64,000 nucleotides of DNA from an uncultured delta proteobacterium (GTDB taxonomy: Bacteria > Desulfobacterota > RBG-13-43-22): contig CAVUPH010000025.1 of NCBI GenBank assembly GCA_963743305.1, positions 19,017 through 83,016 of the forward strand. The letters run 5' to 3'. This document shows positions 1 to 8,696 of this stretch, one piece after another. The stretch's first letter is position 1, and each line of letters begins with the position of its first letter. Below the pieces are notes generated by a model. It saw nothing but the letters and a program-made list of their open reading frames with translations. It was not told the origin of the DNA and did no database searches. Made by a program: the position numbers and the translations under genes.

Positions 1-1
1 G

Positions 2-139
2 AAAGGGGCTCGCGGAGGGACAGGTCTTGGTTTATCCGTCTGCCTGGGCATCGTCAAGGAACATCAGGGACGCCTGGAATTCTACTCGGATTGGGGGATA
101 GGAACGAAAGCCTATCTTTCATTGCCGGCGGCGGACTAG
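2..139 (+). CDS. Sensor histidine kinase, C-terminal end (partial; starts before the window)
   Basis: Frame 2 translates KGARGGTGLGLSVCLGIVKEHQGRLEFYSDWGIGTKAYLSLPAAD*, containing the HATPase G2 box. It lies directly upstream of a response regulator. Confidence 0.85.
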   Translation, partial: KGARGGTGLGLSVCLGIVKEHQGRLEFYSDWGIGTKAYLSLPAAD

Positions 140-151
140 AGGGCTGTTCGG

Positions 152-1585
152 ATGGGTACCGGAAACGAGCGGATCCCGCCTCACCCCATACTCATTGTTG
201 ATGATGAAGTACACGCCGTCAAGGGCTTTGAACTCACGCTGCGCTCCGGCGGGGTTAACAATATCATTCCTTGTTCCGACAGCCTGCGAGTCTATGAGAT
301 CCTGGAGAAAGAGTCGATTGAAATCGTCCTTCTAGACCTGATGATGCCGGACCTATCGGGAGAAGAAATTCTGGCTTCAGTGAACGAACGATTTCCGGAG
401 ATCCCGGTCATTATGGTAACCGGCATCAATGAAGTCGACACGGCGGTCCGCTGTATGCAGAAAGGGGCCTTCGATTATGTTCTTAAACCGGTCAACAAGG
501 AAAGACTCCTCCCGGCCATTCGTCGGGCCATGGAGGTCCGTCACCTGCGACGGGAAAATGCCAAGCTGACCCAATCCTTTTTTTCCGACTCACTGGAGCA
601 CCCGGAAAAATTTTCGAAAATTCTGACCCAGTCTTTGAAAATGCAGGCCGTGTTTCATTATTGTGAAGCCGTGTCCGGTGGGAGTTATCCCATCCTGATA
701 ACCGGGGAAACCGGCGTGGGCAAGGAGTTGATTGCCGAAGCCATTCATGCGGTCAGCGGTCGCCCCGGGGAGCTCGTGGCGGTCAACGTGGCCGGCCTGG
801 ATGATAACGTATTTTCGGACACCCTCTTCGGTCACATCAAAGGAGCCTTTACCGACGCGGTCACTGTCCGTGCCGGACAGATTGAAAAAGCCGCCGGAGG
901 TACACTTTTTCTGGATGAAATCGGGGATCTCAGTCTGCCCTCACAGGTAAAGATGTTAAGGCTCCTTGACAAACATGAATATTTCCCCCTGGGTTCAGAC
1001 GTTGCCAAGCCGGCCCGGATACGATTTCTTTTCGCCACCCATAAAGATCTGCGGGCCATGGTCTCCGGAGGCCGTTTCCGAGAAGACCTCTTTTATCGGC
1101 TGCGCACCCATCACATCCATGTCCCTCCTCTGCGCGAGCGCCTGGATGACTTTCCGCTGCTGGTGGACTTTTTTGTTGATTCCGCCGCCAGGGAATTTCA
1201 TAAAAGCTGTCCCGCGTACCCTCCGGAATTGGTGACGTTTCTTCAGGGCTATTCATTTCCAGGCAATATCCGAGAACTGCGGTCCCTGATTTACGACGCG
1301 GTGGGGAGAAATCTTTCGGAAATGTTGTCCCTGGCGTTTTTTAAGACCGCCCTAAAAAGCGACTCCCAAGGAATGCCCATTCCCCTCACCCTGCCTTTTC
1401 CCTCCCTTAAACCCTGGTTGGCCCAATTGAAGAAGTTTCCCACCATTAAAGAAACAACCGTAGCGCTGGTCCAGGAAGCCATGGACCGGTCCAAGAACAA
1501 TCAGCGGACCGCCGCCTCGATGCTGGGCATAACTCCCCAGGCCCTGAATCAGCGCTTGAAGAAAGGCCGCCGAAATTCGGGTTGA
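152..1585 (+). CDS. Sigma54-dependent response regulator (NtrC family: REC-AAA+-HTH)
   Basis: Receiver motifs ILIVDDE and LLDLMMP; Walker A GETGVGKE; GAFTDA variant of GAFTGA; LFLDEIGD; FREDLFYRL; C-terminal Fis-type HTH. Confidence 0.95.
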   Translation: MGTGNERIPPHPILIVDDEVHAVKGFELTLRSGGVNNIIPCSDSLRVYEILEKESIEIVLLDLMMPDLSGEEILASVNERFPEIPVIMVTGINEVDTAVRCMQKGAFDYVLKPVNKERLLPAIRRAMEVRHLRRENAKLTQSFFSDSLEHPEKFSKILTQSLKMQAVFHYCEAVSGGSYPILITGETGVGKELIAEAIHAVSGRPGELVAVNVAGLDDNVFSDTLFGHIKGAFTDAVTVRAGQIEKAAGGTLFLDEIGDLSLPSQVKMLRLLDKHEYFPLGSDVAKPARIRFLFATHKDLRAMVSGGRFREDLFYRLRTHHIHVPPLRERLDDFPLLVDFFVDSAAREFHKSCPAYPPELVTFLQGYSFPGNIRELRSLIYDAVGRNLSEMLSLAFFKTALKSDSQGMPIPLTLPFPSLKPWLAQLKKFPTIKETTVALVQEAMDRSKNNQRTAASMLGITPQALNQRLKKGRRNSG

Positions 1586-1633
1586 AGTAAAAACCCGCAA
1601 AGATCAAGTTTCCTTACCCTGTCAAGTAATCTT

Positions 1634-1788
1634 GACAACCTCGCATAAAGTCCAAAAACCTGTCATTGCGACCCCGGACTTGATCCGGGGGAAGCAATCC
1701 CCACCATAGTAACTAGCTGATTCTGGGGGATTGCTTCGTCGCTTCCCTCCTCGCAATGACAGCGCTGGGGACTTTTTGCGAAACCATC
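1634..1788. mobile_element. ~155-bp MITE, copy 1
   Basis: Imperfect terminal inverted repeats (GACAACCTCGCATAAAGTCC / GGACTTTTTGCGAAACCATC) and internal palindromes (GTCATTGCG..CGCAATGAC). Flanked by the direct repeat AATCTT. A near-identical inverted copy lies at 46448-46603. Confidence 0.8.
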
Positions 1789-1940
1789 AATCTTGATCTT
1801 CGCCCCAATTCCCTCTTTTCTTAATCACTTACTCCAAAGAACCCGTTATGGATCAATATTTATTGATAAGGGCAGAATACCGACTTCAAACAAATAGATA
1901 CTATCTCATAGAAATATCTAGATATTTTTATTTTGGCCGA

Positions 1941-1957
1941 TTGGCACGCTTCTTTCA
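1941..1957 (+). promoter_or_regulatory. Possible sigma54 -24/-12 promoter of the acyl-CoA dehydrogenase
   Basis: TTGGCACGCTTCTTTCA has a consensus -24 element and a variant -12 (TC rather than GC). It sits next to the sigma54 activator gene. Confidence 0.5.
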
Positions 1958-2003
1958 ATAAGATGATCAATAATCACGAATCTTAGCCTAGGGAGGAATT
2001 ACA

Positions 2004-3236
2004 ATGCCGAAACAACACTTGGATATTTTTTTAACTCCAGAAGACTTCATGATGCGGGAAATGCTGCGCAGTTTTGTCGACAAGGAAATCATGCCGGTTC
2101 GCCAGCAGATCGATGACGACAAGGATCATATCATTGTGAACCGGATCCTGCAGGGGTTGACCGATCTGGGGACCCAAAAAGCGGCCTTTCCTCCGGAATA
2201 TGGTGGAATGGGCGCCAAATCAGCCGTTTCCGCCGGCATTTTGCATGAAGAACTGAGTCGGGGGGACAGCGGATTGTGTACCGCCCGCGGAGTTACCGGC
2301 TGGGCCTGGATCCCGGCCCTGGCGGCCAATAACAAAGTGGTGCTGGATCGTTTCGCCCCCGAGTTTTGCGGAAAGGACCTTAAGTTCGGTTGCTTCGCCA
2401 TGACCGAACCCGGCGGTTCCCATGGCGGCGGCGGTTGTGATATCGAAAATTTGAATCTTCATGGAAGGAAGATCAGGACCAAGGCCGTCCTCGATGGCAA
2501 CGAGTGGGTAATCAACGGGCAGAAAATGTGGGCCTCCAACAGCGGTATAGCCGATCTTTATTGTGTCGTCTGCACCACCGATCCCGACCTGGGTGACGAG
2601 GGTGTGGCCCTGATCTATGTGCCGAAAGGCGCCCAGGGCCTGTCCTTCGGCAACAATGAAAAAAAGGCCGGCATGGCGGCGGACAAAAATCACCCCATGT
2701 TTTTAGAAAACGTTCGGGTGCCCAAGGAATGGCGGGCCGCCGGACCGGGGGTGGATGCGGATTTGCTGCATAACAATCTGGTCATCGGGCGGATCGTCAC
2801 CGCCGCCTCGGCGGTCGGCCAGGCTCAAGGCGCCTTTGAGACCGTGTTGAAATACACGGGCGAGCGGATCGTAGCCGATAAACCGATTCGGCAGCATTCG
2901 ATCGCCGCCGGGATCCTGGCGGATATGGCCATCGGCATCGAGACGGCCCGCTGGTCTTACCTGGTAGCCGCCTGGATGTACGATCATCCGGAAACGTACG
3001 GCGCCCCCACCTCGACTTTCATGCTGTCACGTGGAAGCATCGCCAAAATGCACGCCTGCGACGTGGCCGTATCGGTTACCAATAAAGCCATGGAATTGAT
3101 GGGGGCCTTCGGCTACGTCCGGGATTATGATGTGGAAAAATATTGGCGGGACTGCAAGATGATCCAGTTGTGGGAAGGGGGCGCCCAGTTGGGGCGTTTT
3201 GACGTCTGCCGCGGGTATTACGATCTGAATCTATAG
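2004..3236 (+). CDS. Acyl-CoA dehydrogenase
   Basis: GCFAMTEPG, WVINGQKMW, EKYWRDCKMIQLWEGG motifs; RBS GGAGG. Confidence 0.93.
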   Translation: MPKQHLDIFLTPEDFMMREMLRSFVDKEIMPVRQQIDDDKDHIIVNRILQGLTDLGTQKAAFPPEYGGMGAKSAVSAGILHEELSRGDSGLCTARGVTGWAWIPALAANNKVVLDRFAPEFCGKDLKFGCFAMTEPGGSHGGGGCDIENLNLHGRKIRTKAVLDGNEWVINGQKMWASNSGIADLYCVVCTTDPDLGDEGVALIYVPKGAQGLSFGNNEKKAGMAADKNHPMFLENVRVPKEWRAAGPGVDADLLHNNLVIGRIVTAASAVGQAQGAFETVLKYTGERIVADKPIRQHSIAAGILADMAIGIETARWSYLVAAWMYDHPETYGAPTSTFMLSRGSIAKMHACDVAVSVTNKAMELMGAFGYVRDYDVEKYWRDCKMIQLWEGGAQLGRFDVCRGYYDLNL

Positions 3237-3252
3237 AGCGGAGGATTTTTCA

Positions 3253-3612
3253 ATGGCTAAAAGCATCATTTTGTACAATTTGAAAGAAAGCGTCACCGAC
3301 GCCGATTACCAGAAATGGTGTAACGACTACAAGGGACCCTTTTTCCTATCTCTCGGCTCTTGCAAAGCATTTACCCTGGTTCAGATGCTCGGAGGGATAA
3401 AAGGGAACGGGGTCAAGGGCGCACCACCGGAGCCAACCCCGCCCCCGTTCAAATACCTTGGGATCGTGGATGTCGACAGCCTGGAAGCCTGGCAGAAGGA
3501 TACCGAGACGAAAGGCTTTAAAGAAGAATTCTTTCCCCAGTGGTTCTCCCAGTGGGTGGCCGATTTTTATGTTTTGGTCGGTATGGAAATTTATCAAGGA
3601 AAACGCAACTGA
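3253..3612 (+). CDS. Small EthD/REDY-like dimeric alpha-beta barrel protein
   Basis: IILYNLKESVTDADYQKW...PFKYLGIVDVDSLEAW pattern; RBS; follows the dehydrogenase after a 16-bp gap. Confidence 0.6.
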   Translation: MAKSIILYNLKESVTDADYQKWCNDYKGPFFLSLGSCKAFTLVQMLGGIKGNGVKGAPPEPTPPPFKYLGIVDVDSLEAWQKDTETKGFKEEFFPQWFSQWVADFYVLVGMEIYQGKRN

Positions 3613-3650
3613 GCCGGAAACTCTTCGGAAGTATCCCCGGGTTGACCCCT

Positions 3651-3684
3651 CAAGAATCCGCACTCCAAGGGGTGCGGATTCTTG
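3651..3684 (+). terminator. Intrinsic terminator-like hairpin
   Basis: CAAGAATCCGCAC..GTGCGGATTCTTG followed by a T-rich tract. Confidence 0.6.
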
Positions 3685-3814
3685 CATTTATTTGACCATT
3701 AATCTATTATAGGCGCCGGTTGGGTCCGGAGTATCGTCCAAGTCGAAACCGGCCCTGGAAGTTCTCGTAATCCGCAGAGGATGGGGTCAAAGACTTCATA
3801 GAGGAGGAACCAAG

Positions 3815-4195
3815 ATGGGATCGATTCAAGAAAATAACAAAGAAATCGTAAAAAGGTTTTATGATCTTATTATCAATAAGAAAGATTTTGAAGCCGCCCG
3901 GCCGTATATCGGCCCCCGATACAAGCAGCACAATCCCCTGGTCAAAGATTATCCTGAAGGCCTCAAAGAGTTTATCGAATTTCTCAAAACCAATTACCCG
4001 GAAGCCCGGAGCGAAATCAAGCGGATCATCGCGGAGGATGATTATGTCGTCCTCCACGTTCATTCGATACGGTCTCCGAAACTTCAGCGGGCCATTATCG
4101 AGATCTTCAGGCTGGAAAACGGCCGGATCGACGAGCACTGGGACGTAATCCAGGAAATTCCCGAATCCTCGGCAAATCCGAACGGGATGTTCTAA
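3815..4195 (+). CDS. SnoaL-like / NTF2-family protein
   Basis: NKEIVKRFY, YKQHNP, IIAEDDYVVLH, IFRLENGRIDEHWDVIQ; RBS GAGGAGG. Confidence 0.88.
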   Translation: MGSIQENNKEIVKRFYDLIINKKDFEAARPYIGPRYKQHNPLVKDYPEGLKEFIEFLKTNYPEARSEIKRIIAEDDYVVLHVHSIRSPKLQRAIIEIFRLENGRIDEHWDVIQEIPESSANPNGMF

Positions 4196-4218
4196 AAATC
4201 TTCAGATGACTTGAATGG

Positions 4219-4251
4219 AGGGGCAGGAATCGATTTCTTCCTGCCCCTTTT
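4219..4251. terminator. Terminator hairpin between convergent genes
   Basis: AGGGGCAGGAA..TTCCTGCCCCTTTT. Confidence 0.6.
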
Positions 4252-4284
4252 ATATCCCGGAAGGATAGGAATGGGCCGTATCGA

Positions 4285-4992
4285 TCAGGCCTCCTGTATA
4301 TTGCCGGTGTTCCCCAATATCTTCTTGACCAGCTCCGAAAGCGCGTCCCTTATGATGCTCCCGTCGTTGTTTTTGTCCATTTGGGCGAACAAATCATCCA
4401 GCCGACTCTGTTGACTGGCGTCGGTCACCGAGCCTGAACCGCCCGGACCCCCCGGCGGGGGTGGGGCATTCTCCCGCATGAAACTGTCCAGTTCCGCCTT
4501 GCTCAACTTCCCGTCTCCGTCCGCATCGTAGGTGGAAAAAGTATCGTCCCCGTTCAGCGCGTTGCCCGTATCTTCCGACAACTTCTTGGCCAGGTCCGAC
4601 AGCTCGTCTTTACTAATGCTCCCGTCGTTGTTCTTGTCCACTCGGGCGAACAAATCATCCAGCCGACTCTGTTGACTGGCGTCGGTCACCGAGCCTGAAC
4701 CGCCCGGACCCCCCGGCGGGGGTGGGGCATTCTCCCGCATGAAACTGCCCAGTTCCGCCTTGCTCAACTTCCCGTCTCCGTCCGCATCGTAGGTGGAAAA
4801 AATATCGTCCACGTTCAACGTGTTGCCGGTAGCTTCCGACAACTTCTTGGCCATCTCCGATATTTCCACTTTGTCGATGCCGCCGTCCCCGTCACTATCT
4901 ACTTTCTTGAATAAATCATTTCGATGCATCTGCAAGGATGGCATGGCCATCTGACTGTACAGACTGTTCGTAGAACCGACATTGTTGACCAT
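4285..4992 (-). CDS. Multi-EF-hand calcium-binding protein with poly-Pro/Gly linkers (XopAW-like architecture)
   Basis: EF loops DSDGDGGIDKVE, DADGDGKLSKAE (x2), DKNNDGSISKDE; NAPPPPGG linkers; RBS AGGAGG; no Sec signal peptide visible. Confidence 0.88.
   Translation of the reverse strand: MVNNVGSTNSLYSQMAMPSLQMHRNDLFKKVDSDGDGGIDKVEISEMAKKLSEATGNTLNVDDIFSTYDADGDGKLSKAELGSFMRENAPPPPGGPGGSGSVTDASQQSRLDDLFARVDKNNDGSISKDELSDLAKKLSEDTGNALNGDDTFSTYDADGDGKLSKAELDSFMRENAPPPPGGPGGSGSVTDASQQSRLDDLFAQMDKNNDGSIIRDALSELVKKILGNTGNIQEA
4355..4875. repeat. Intragenic tandem duplication, 261-bp (87-aa) period
   Basis: Near-identical blocks 261 bp apart (e.g. 4383 vs 4644; 4355 vs 4616). Confidence 0.9.
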
Positions 4993-5053
4993 AAGGTCCT
5001 CCTTTTAAAGTATTTTGTTACTGCCAGCGCCTCCCGGGATATCCTCCTTCTGA

Positions 5054-5070
5054 AGCAAAACAAATGCCAG
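5054..5070 (-). promoter_or_regulatory. Sigma54 promoter of EF-hand gene 1
   Basis: Minus strand reads CTGGCATTTGTTTTGCT, a GG-N10-GC match. Confidence 0.75.
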
Positions 5071-5104
5071 AAATCCGGCCGGCGGGAGATAGATCCCCGG
5101 ACAA

Positions 5105-5329
5105 TCATTCGGATAAGTTACGCTTGCTGACCTGCCCGCCAACCCTTTTTTTTCGTTTATCTGCGAACAATTCCGCGGCCTGGTGGAGAAAGATCGATTT
5201 CCAGTTCTTGATCTGGTTGGGATGAACCTGATAGAGGGCAGCCAATTCCAACAGGCTCTTTTTCCCACGCAGGAGTTCCAGTACGATCTGCGCCTTAAAC
5301 GTTCCGCTGTAGGTTCGTCTCTTGGTCAT
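5105..5329 (-). CDS. Stand-alone IS3-OrfA-like helix-turn-helix protein
   Basis: RRTYSGTFKAQIVLELLRGKKSLLELAALYQVHPNQIKNWK resembles HTH_Tnp_1. No OrfB/DDE domain follows. Confidence 0.7.
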   Translation of the reverse strand: MTKRRTYSGTFKAQIVLELLRGKKSLLELAALYQVHPNQIKNWKSIFLHQAAELFADKRKKRVGGQVSKRNLSE

Positions 5330-5410
5330 AAACGTAACGTATCCGTTTAATCATTTTTTTTTGAATGCGCTGCCGGTCGACCGCCGGAGGCCGTCTCTCG
5401 GTCGGGACCG

Positions 5411-5449
5411 CGGAACATTTTTTCCGAGTTCCCAGGGAAATTATTTCCG
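5411..5449. promoter_or_regulatory. Paired GG-N10-CC palindromes (putative sigma54 enhancer)
   Basis: CGGAACATTTTTTCCG and GGGAAATTATTTCCG. The same motif pair occurs at 15966-16000. Confidence 0.55.
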
Positions 5450-5464
5450 AGATCGGAATGGAAA

Positions 5465-6670
5465 TCATTCGTAGCGTAGCGCCTCGATCGGGTCCATACG
5501 GGCTGCTTTGAGGGCCGGAAAATAACCGAAAATGACCCCCACCGCGGCAGAAAACAGAAAGGCGATACCCACGATGCCGGGGTTAAAGATGAAAGGCACG
5601 CGCAACACTCCCGAAAGCCAGACAGACGCCGTGAGGGCCAGTGCAATGCCGACCAATCCGCCGAAAGAGGAAAGCACCACTGCTTCCACCAGGAATTGCA
5701 GGAGCACCTCACGCTCGAAAGCGCCGATGGCCAGACGGATGCCGATCTCGCGGGTGCGTTCGGTGACCGACACCAGCATGATGTTCATGATACCGATGCC
5801 GCCGACCAGCAGGCTGACGGCGGCTACGGCGCTCAGCAGGGCCGTCAGCAGTTGGGTGGTCCCGGTAAGCATGTTGGCGATCTCCTTCAGGTCCATGACA
5901 TTGAAGTTGTCGTCATCACGGGGCGAAAGATGACGCCTCTCTCGCAGCAATAAACGAATATCCTGCTGTGCTTTATCGGTCGAGGCGCCCTGCTGGACCG
6001 AAACCTGAAAGAGAGAGACGTCCTGGTTACCGGAAATACGCCGCTGAAACGTACGTAACGGGATCACGACGATATCGTCCTGGTCCATGCCCATAGTGTT
6101 CTGCCCTTTGGCCCTCAGGATGCCGATCACTTGACAGGAGAGTTTTTCCAGACGAATAGTTCCCCCCAAAGGATCCTGCCCGCCGAACAATTTCTGGCGC
6201 ACGGTCTCGCCCAAGATACAGACCGCCGCACCGGCGCGCAGCTCGCTCTCGCTGAAGGCTTGGCCCGCCCGGACGGATCTGTTCGTCACCCGGAAATACT
6301 CATTATCGCTTCCGGTTACGCTGGTCGACCAGTTTTCATTGCCTAAGACGGCTTGGAGGCTTTTGGAGGAGACCGGAGCTACGGCGGCAATAGCGCTGAC
6401 GTTTCTGAGGATAGCCTCTCCATCGCTCACCTTGAACAAAGCGGTGTTGGAAGACTGACCGGGGCCAAGCCTTTTCCCGGGAGTCACCATTAACAGGTTG
6501 CTGCCCATACCGGCAATCTGCTCCTTGACCTGGGCGGTGGCTCCGCCGCCGATGGTCACCATGACGATGACCGAAGCCACACCGATAACGATTCCCAAGA
6601 TGGTTAGAAACGACCGGAGGATATTGCGTTTGATTTCACGCCAAGCCAGTAAAATGGTGGTCCAGAGCAT
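5465..6670 (-). CDS. macB: MacB-family ABC transporter permease
   Basis: RSFLTILGIVIGVASV, GGIGIMNIMLVSVTERTREIGIRLAIGA, AARMDPIEALRYE. Confidence 0.93.
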   Translation of the reverse strand: MLWTTILLAWREIKRNILRSFLTILGIVIGVASVIVMVTIGGGATAQVKEQIAGMGSNLLMVTPGKRLGPGQSSNTALFKVSDGEAILRNVSAIAAVAPVSSKSLQAVLGNENWSTSVTGSDNEYFRVTNRSVRAGQAFSESELRAGAAVCILGETVRQKLFGGQDPLGGTIRLEKLSCQVIGILRAKGQNTMGMDQDDIVVIPLRTFQRRISGNQDVSLFQVSVQQGASTDKAQQDIRLLLRERRHLSPRDDDNFNVMDLKEIANMLTGTTQLLTALLSAVAAVSLLVGGIGIMNIMLVSVTERTREIGIRLAIGAFEREVLLQFLVEAVVLSSFGGLVGIALALTASVWLSGVLRVPFIFNPGIVGIAFLFSAAVGVIFGYFPALKAARMDPIEALRYE

Positions 6671-7398
6671 CAGGCGGCCCACCCGTTTTGCTTGTCGGAA
6701 GCAACCCGACCGTCCCGGAAATGGATAATGCGCTTGGCATAGGCCGCCATATCCGGTTCGTGAGTGACCATGGCTATGGTGATCCCCCGGTCGCGGTTCA
6801 GGCCGCTGAGCAGGTCCATGATTTCACGGCTGCGGGCCGTATCCAGGTTGCCCGTAGGTTCGTCCGCCAACAACACGGCGGGTTCGGTCACGATGGCCCG
6901 GGCGATAGCCACCCGCTGTTGCTGACCTCCCGAAAGTTCGCCGGAGGTATGGGATTCCCAGCCCTTGAGACCGACGGTTTCCAAAGTCTTGAGGGCCTGC
7001 GCTCGCCGCACGACGTGGGGGATCCCGCGATAGATCAAAGGCAGCTCGACGTTCTCCAGCGCGGAGGTGCGGTGTAATAAATTATAGCCCTGAAAGACAA
7101 AACCAAGGTAGAACCGGCGCAACCGCGTGCGCTGGTTGCGGGTCATTTGGCCGACCTCCAGGCCTTTGAACTTATACCCCCCCCCGGTTGGCGTATCCAG
7201 ACAGCCGAGGAGGTTCATGCAGGTAGACTTGCCCGAACCGCTGGGACCCATTACCGCCACAAACTCGCCCTCCTCGATGCGCAAATCGATGCCGCGCAGG
7301 GCCTGCATGGCTGCTTGGCCGGTGCCGTACACTTTCGTCACGCCCTGCAGCTCAATCAGGGGTTGGTTGTCTGGTTGATTCTGGTTCATCGGGCTCAT
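6670..7398 (-). CDS. ABC transporter ATP-binding protein (MacB/LolD-type)
   Basis: [33 protein letters not shown]. Confidence 0.95.
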   Translation of the reverse strand: MSPMNQNQPDNQPLIELQGVTKVYGTGQAAMQALRGIDLRIEEGEFVAVMGPSGSGKSTCMNLLGCLDTPTGGGYKFKGLEVGQMTRNQRTRLRRFYLGFVFQGYNLLHRTSALENVELPLIYRGIPHVVRRAQALKTLETVGLKGWESHTSGELSGGQQQRVAIARAIVTEPAVLLADEPTGNLDTARSREIMDLLSGLNRDRGITIAMVTHEPDMAAYAKRIIHFRDGRVASDKQNGWAA

Positions 7399-8696
7399 TT
7401 CCCTGCACCGACGGTGTCGACCACCACCGCCATGCCCGGCTGGATTTCACCGGCCGTCACTTCCGTCTTGGCTCCATCGGTCGACCCGATCGTGACCGGG
7501 ATGGCTGTCGGTTGCCCATCCTTCAAGGTCCAGACGCGCTGCTCCTTTGGGTTGCCGGAAATGTCCCTTCCTGACTTCGGCCCGGAACCGGGTGGACGCG
7601 GAAGCAGTGAACCAATGAGACTTGTTGAACCCTTTTGCTCCGGTTTCTCTTCCTCCTGCACGGACGGTGTAAAACGCAACGCCGCACTGGGTATGAGGAG
7701 GACGTTTTCGACTTTATTGACCGTGATGTCCGCGGTAGCCGTCATGCCTGGCCGCAGGGCGAGGTCGGCGTTGTTGACCTTGAGCACGGTTTCGTAGGTC
7801 ACTACCCCGGAGGTCGTCGACGATCCGAAACGGGTCTGGGTGATCCGGGCCTCGAAGGTTCGATGGGGGTAGCCGGCGACACGGAAGATGGCCTCCTGAC
7901 CTTCCCGCACTTTGCCGATGTCGGCCTCGTCCACATTCACATGCAGTTCCATCTGGATCAAGTCCTGGGCCAGGGTGAACAGCACCGGAGCGGTAAAGGA
8001 GGCGGCCACGGTCTGCCCGGGCTCGATGCTGCGGGTGAGAACCACACCGTTAATGGGAGATCGGATCACCGATTTGGACAGATCGGTCTCGTTCGCCTTT
8101 ACCGTGGCCTCGGCCTGGGAGACTGCCGCCCTGGCGCTGGCTTCATCGGCCTTGGCCCGCTCGAAGGCCGCTTCGGCCGCATCCAGTTCCGATTGGGCAG
8201 GGACTTTGCCCTGGCTCAGTTCCCTGACCCGCCGAAACTGGGCCAGCTTGGCCCGGGTTTCCGCCACGGTCGCCTGGGTTTGAAGGACTTTAGCCTGGGC
8301 TGCCTCCAGAGCGGCCCGGGATTGGGTCAGCGTCGCTTCCAATTTGGTGGTGTCCAGTTTGGCCAGAACCTGCCCGACTTTCACTGTACCGTTATAGTCC
8401 ACTTCAACGCTCTTCACGGTTCCGGACAACTCGCAGCCCACGTCCACCGAATTCGTTGGTTTCAGGGTACCGGTGGCCGTGACGATGACCGTTAAATTGC
8501 CGCGCTTGACTTCCTCGGTTTTATACGACGTGGTCTCGGACGTACCCGATATCCTCCAGACTACGATTCCGGCCAGGACCACGATCACCACCAGGCCCAA
8601 AATGATCCATCGTTTCCAGCGCTGGCCGTTTCCTTGTGGTTGATCTAATTCCAGAGTCCGCGCCAGATCGGAGTCTGGATTGGTTTTTGATATCAT
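7395..8696 (-). CDS. macA: MacA-like efflux periplasmic adaptor (membrane fusion protein)
   Basis: N-terminal TM helix, VTATGTLKP, VKVGQVLAKLD, coiled coil, IRSPINGVV, LRPGMTATADI. Confidence 0.92.
   Translation of the reverse strand: MISKTNPDSDLARTLELDQPQGNGQRWKRWIILGLVVIVVLAGIVVWRISGTSETTSYKTEEVKRGNLTVIVTATGTLKPTNSVDVGCELSGTVKSVEVDYNGTVKVGQVLAKLDTTKLEATLTQSRAALEAAQAKVLQTQATVAETRAKLAQFRRVRELSQGKVPAQSELDAAEAAFERAKADEASARAAVSQAEATVKANETDLSKSVIRSPINGVVLTRSIEPGQTVAASFTAPVLFTLAQDLIQMELHVNVDEADIGKVREGQEAIFRVAGYPHRTFEARITQTRFGSSTTSGVVTYETVLKVNNADLALRPGMTATADITVNKVENVLLIPSAALRFTPSVQEEEKPEQKGSTSLIGSLLPRPPGSGPKSGRDISGNPKEQRVWTLKDGQPTAIPVTIGSTDGAKTEVTAGEIQPGMAVVVDTVGAGK

Noticed and set aside
5105-5329. 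Active IS3 element
   Set aside because: There is no OrfB/DDE domain and no terminal inverted repeats or target duplication are visible.
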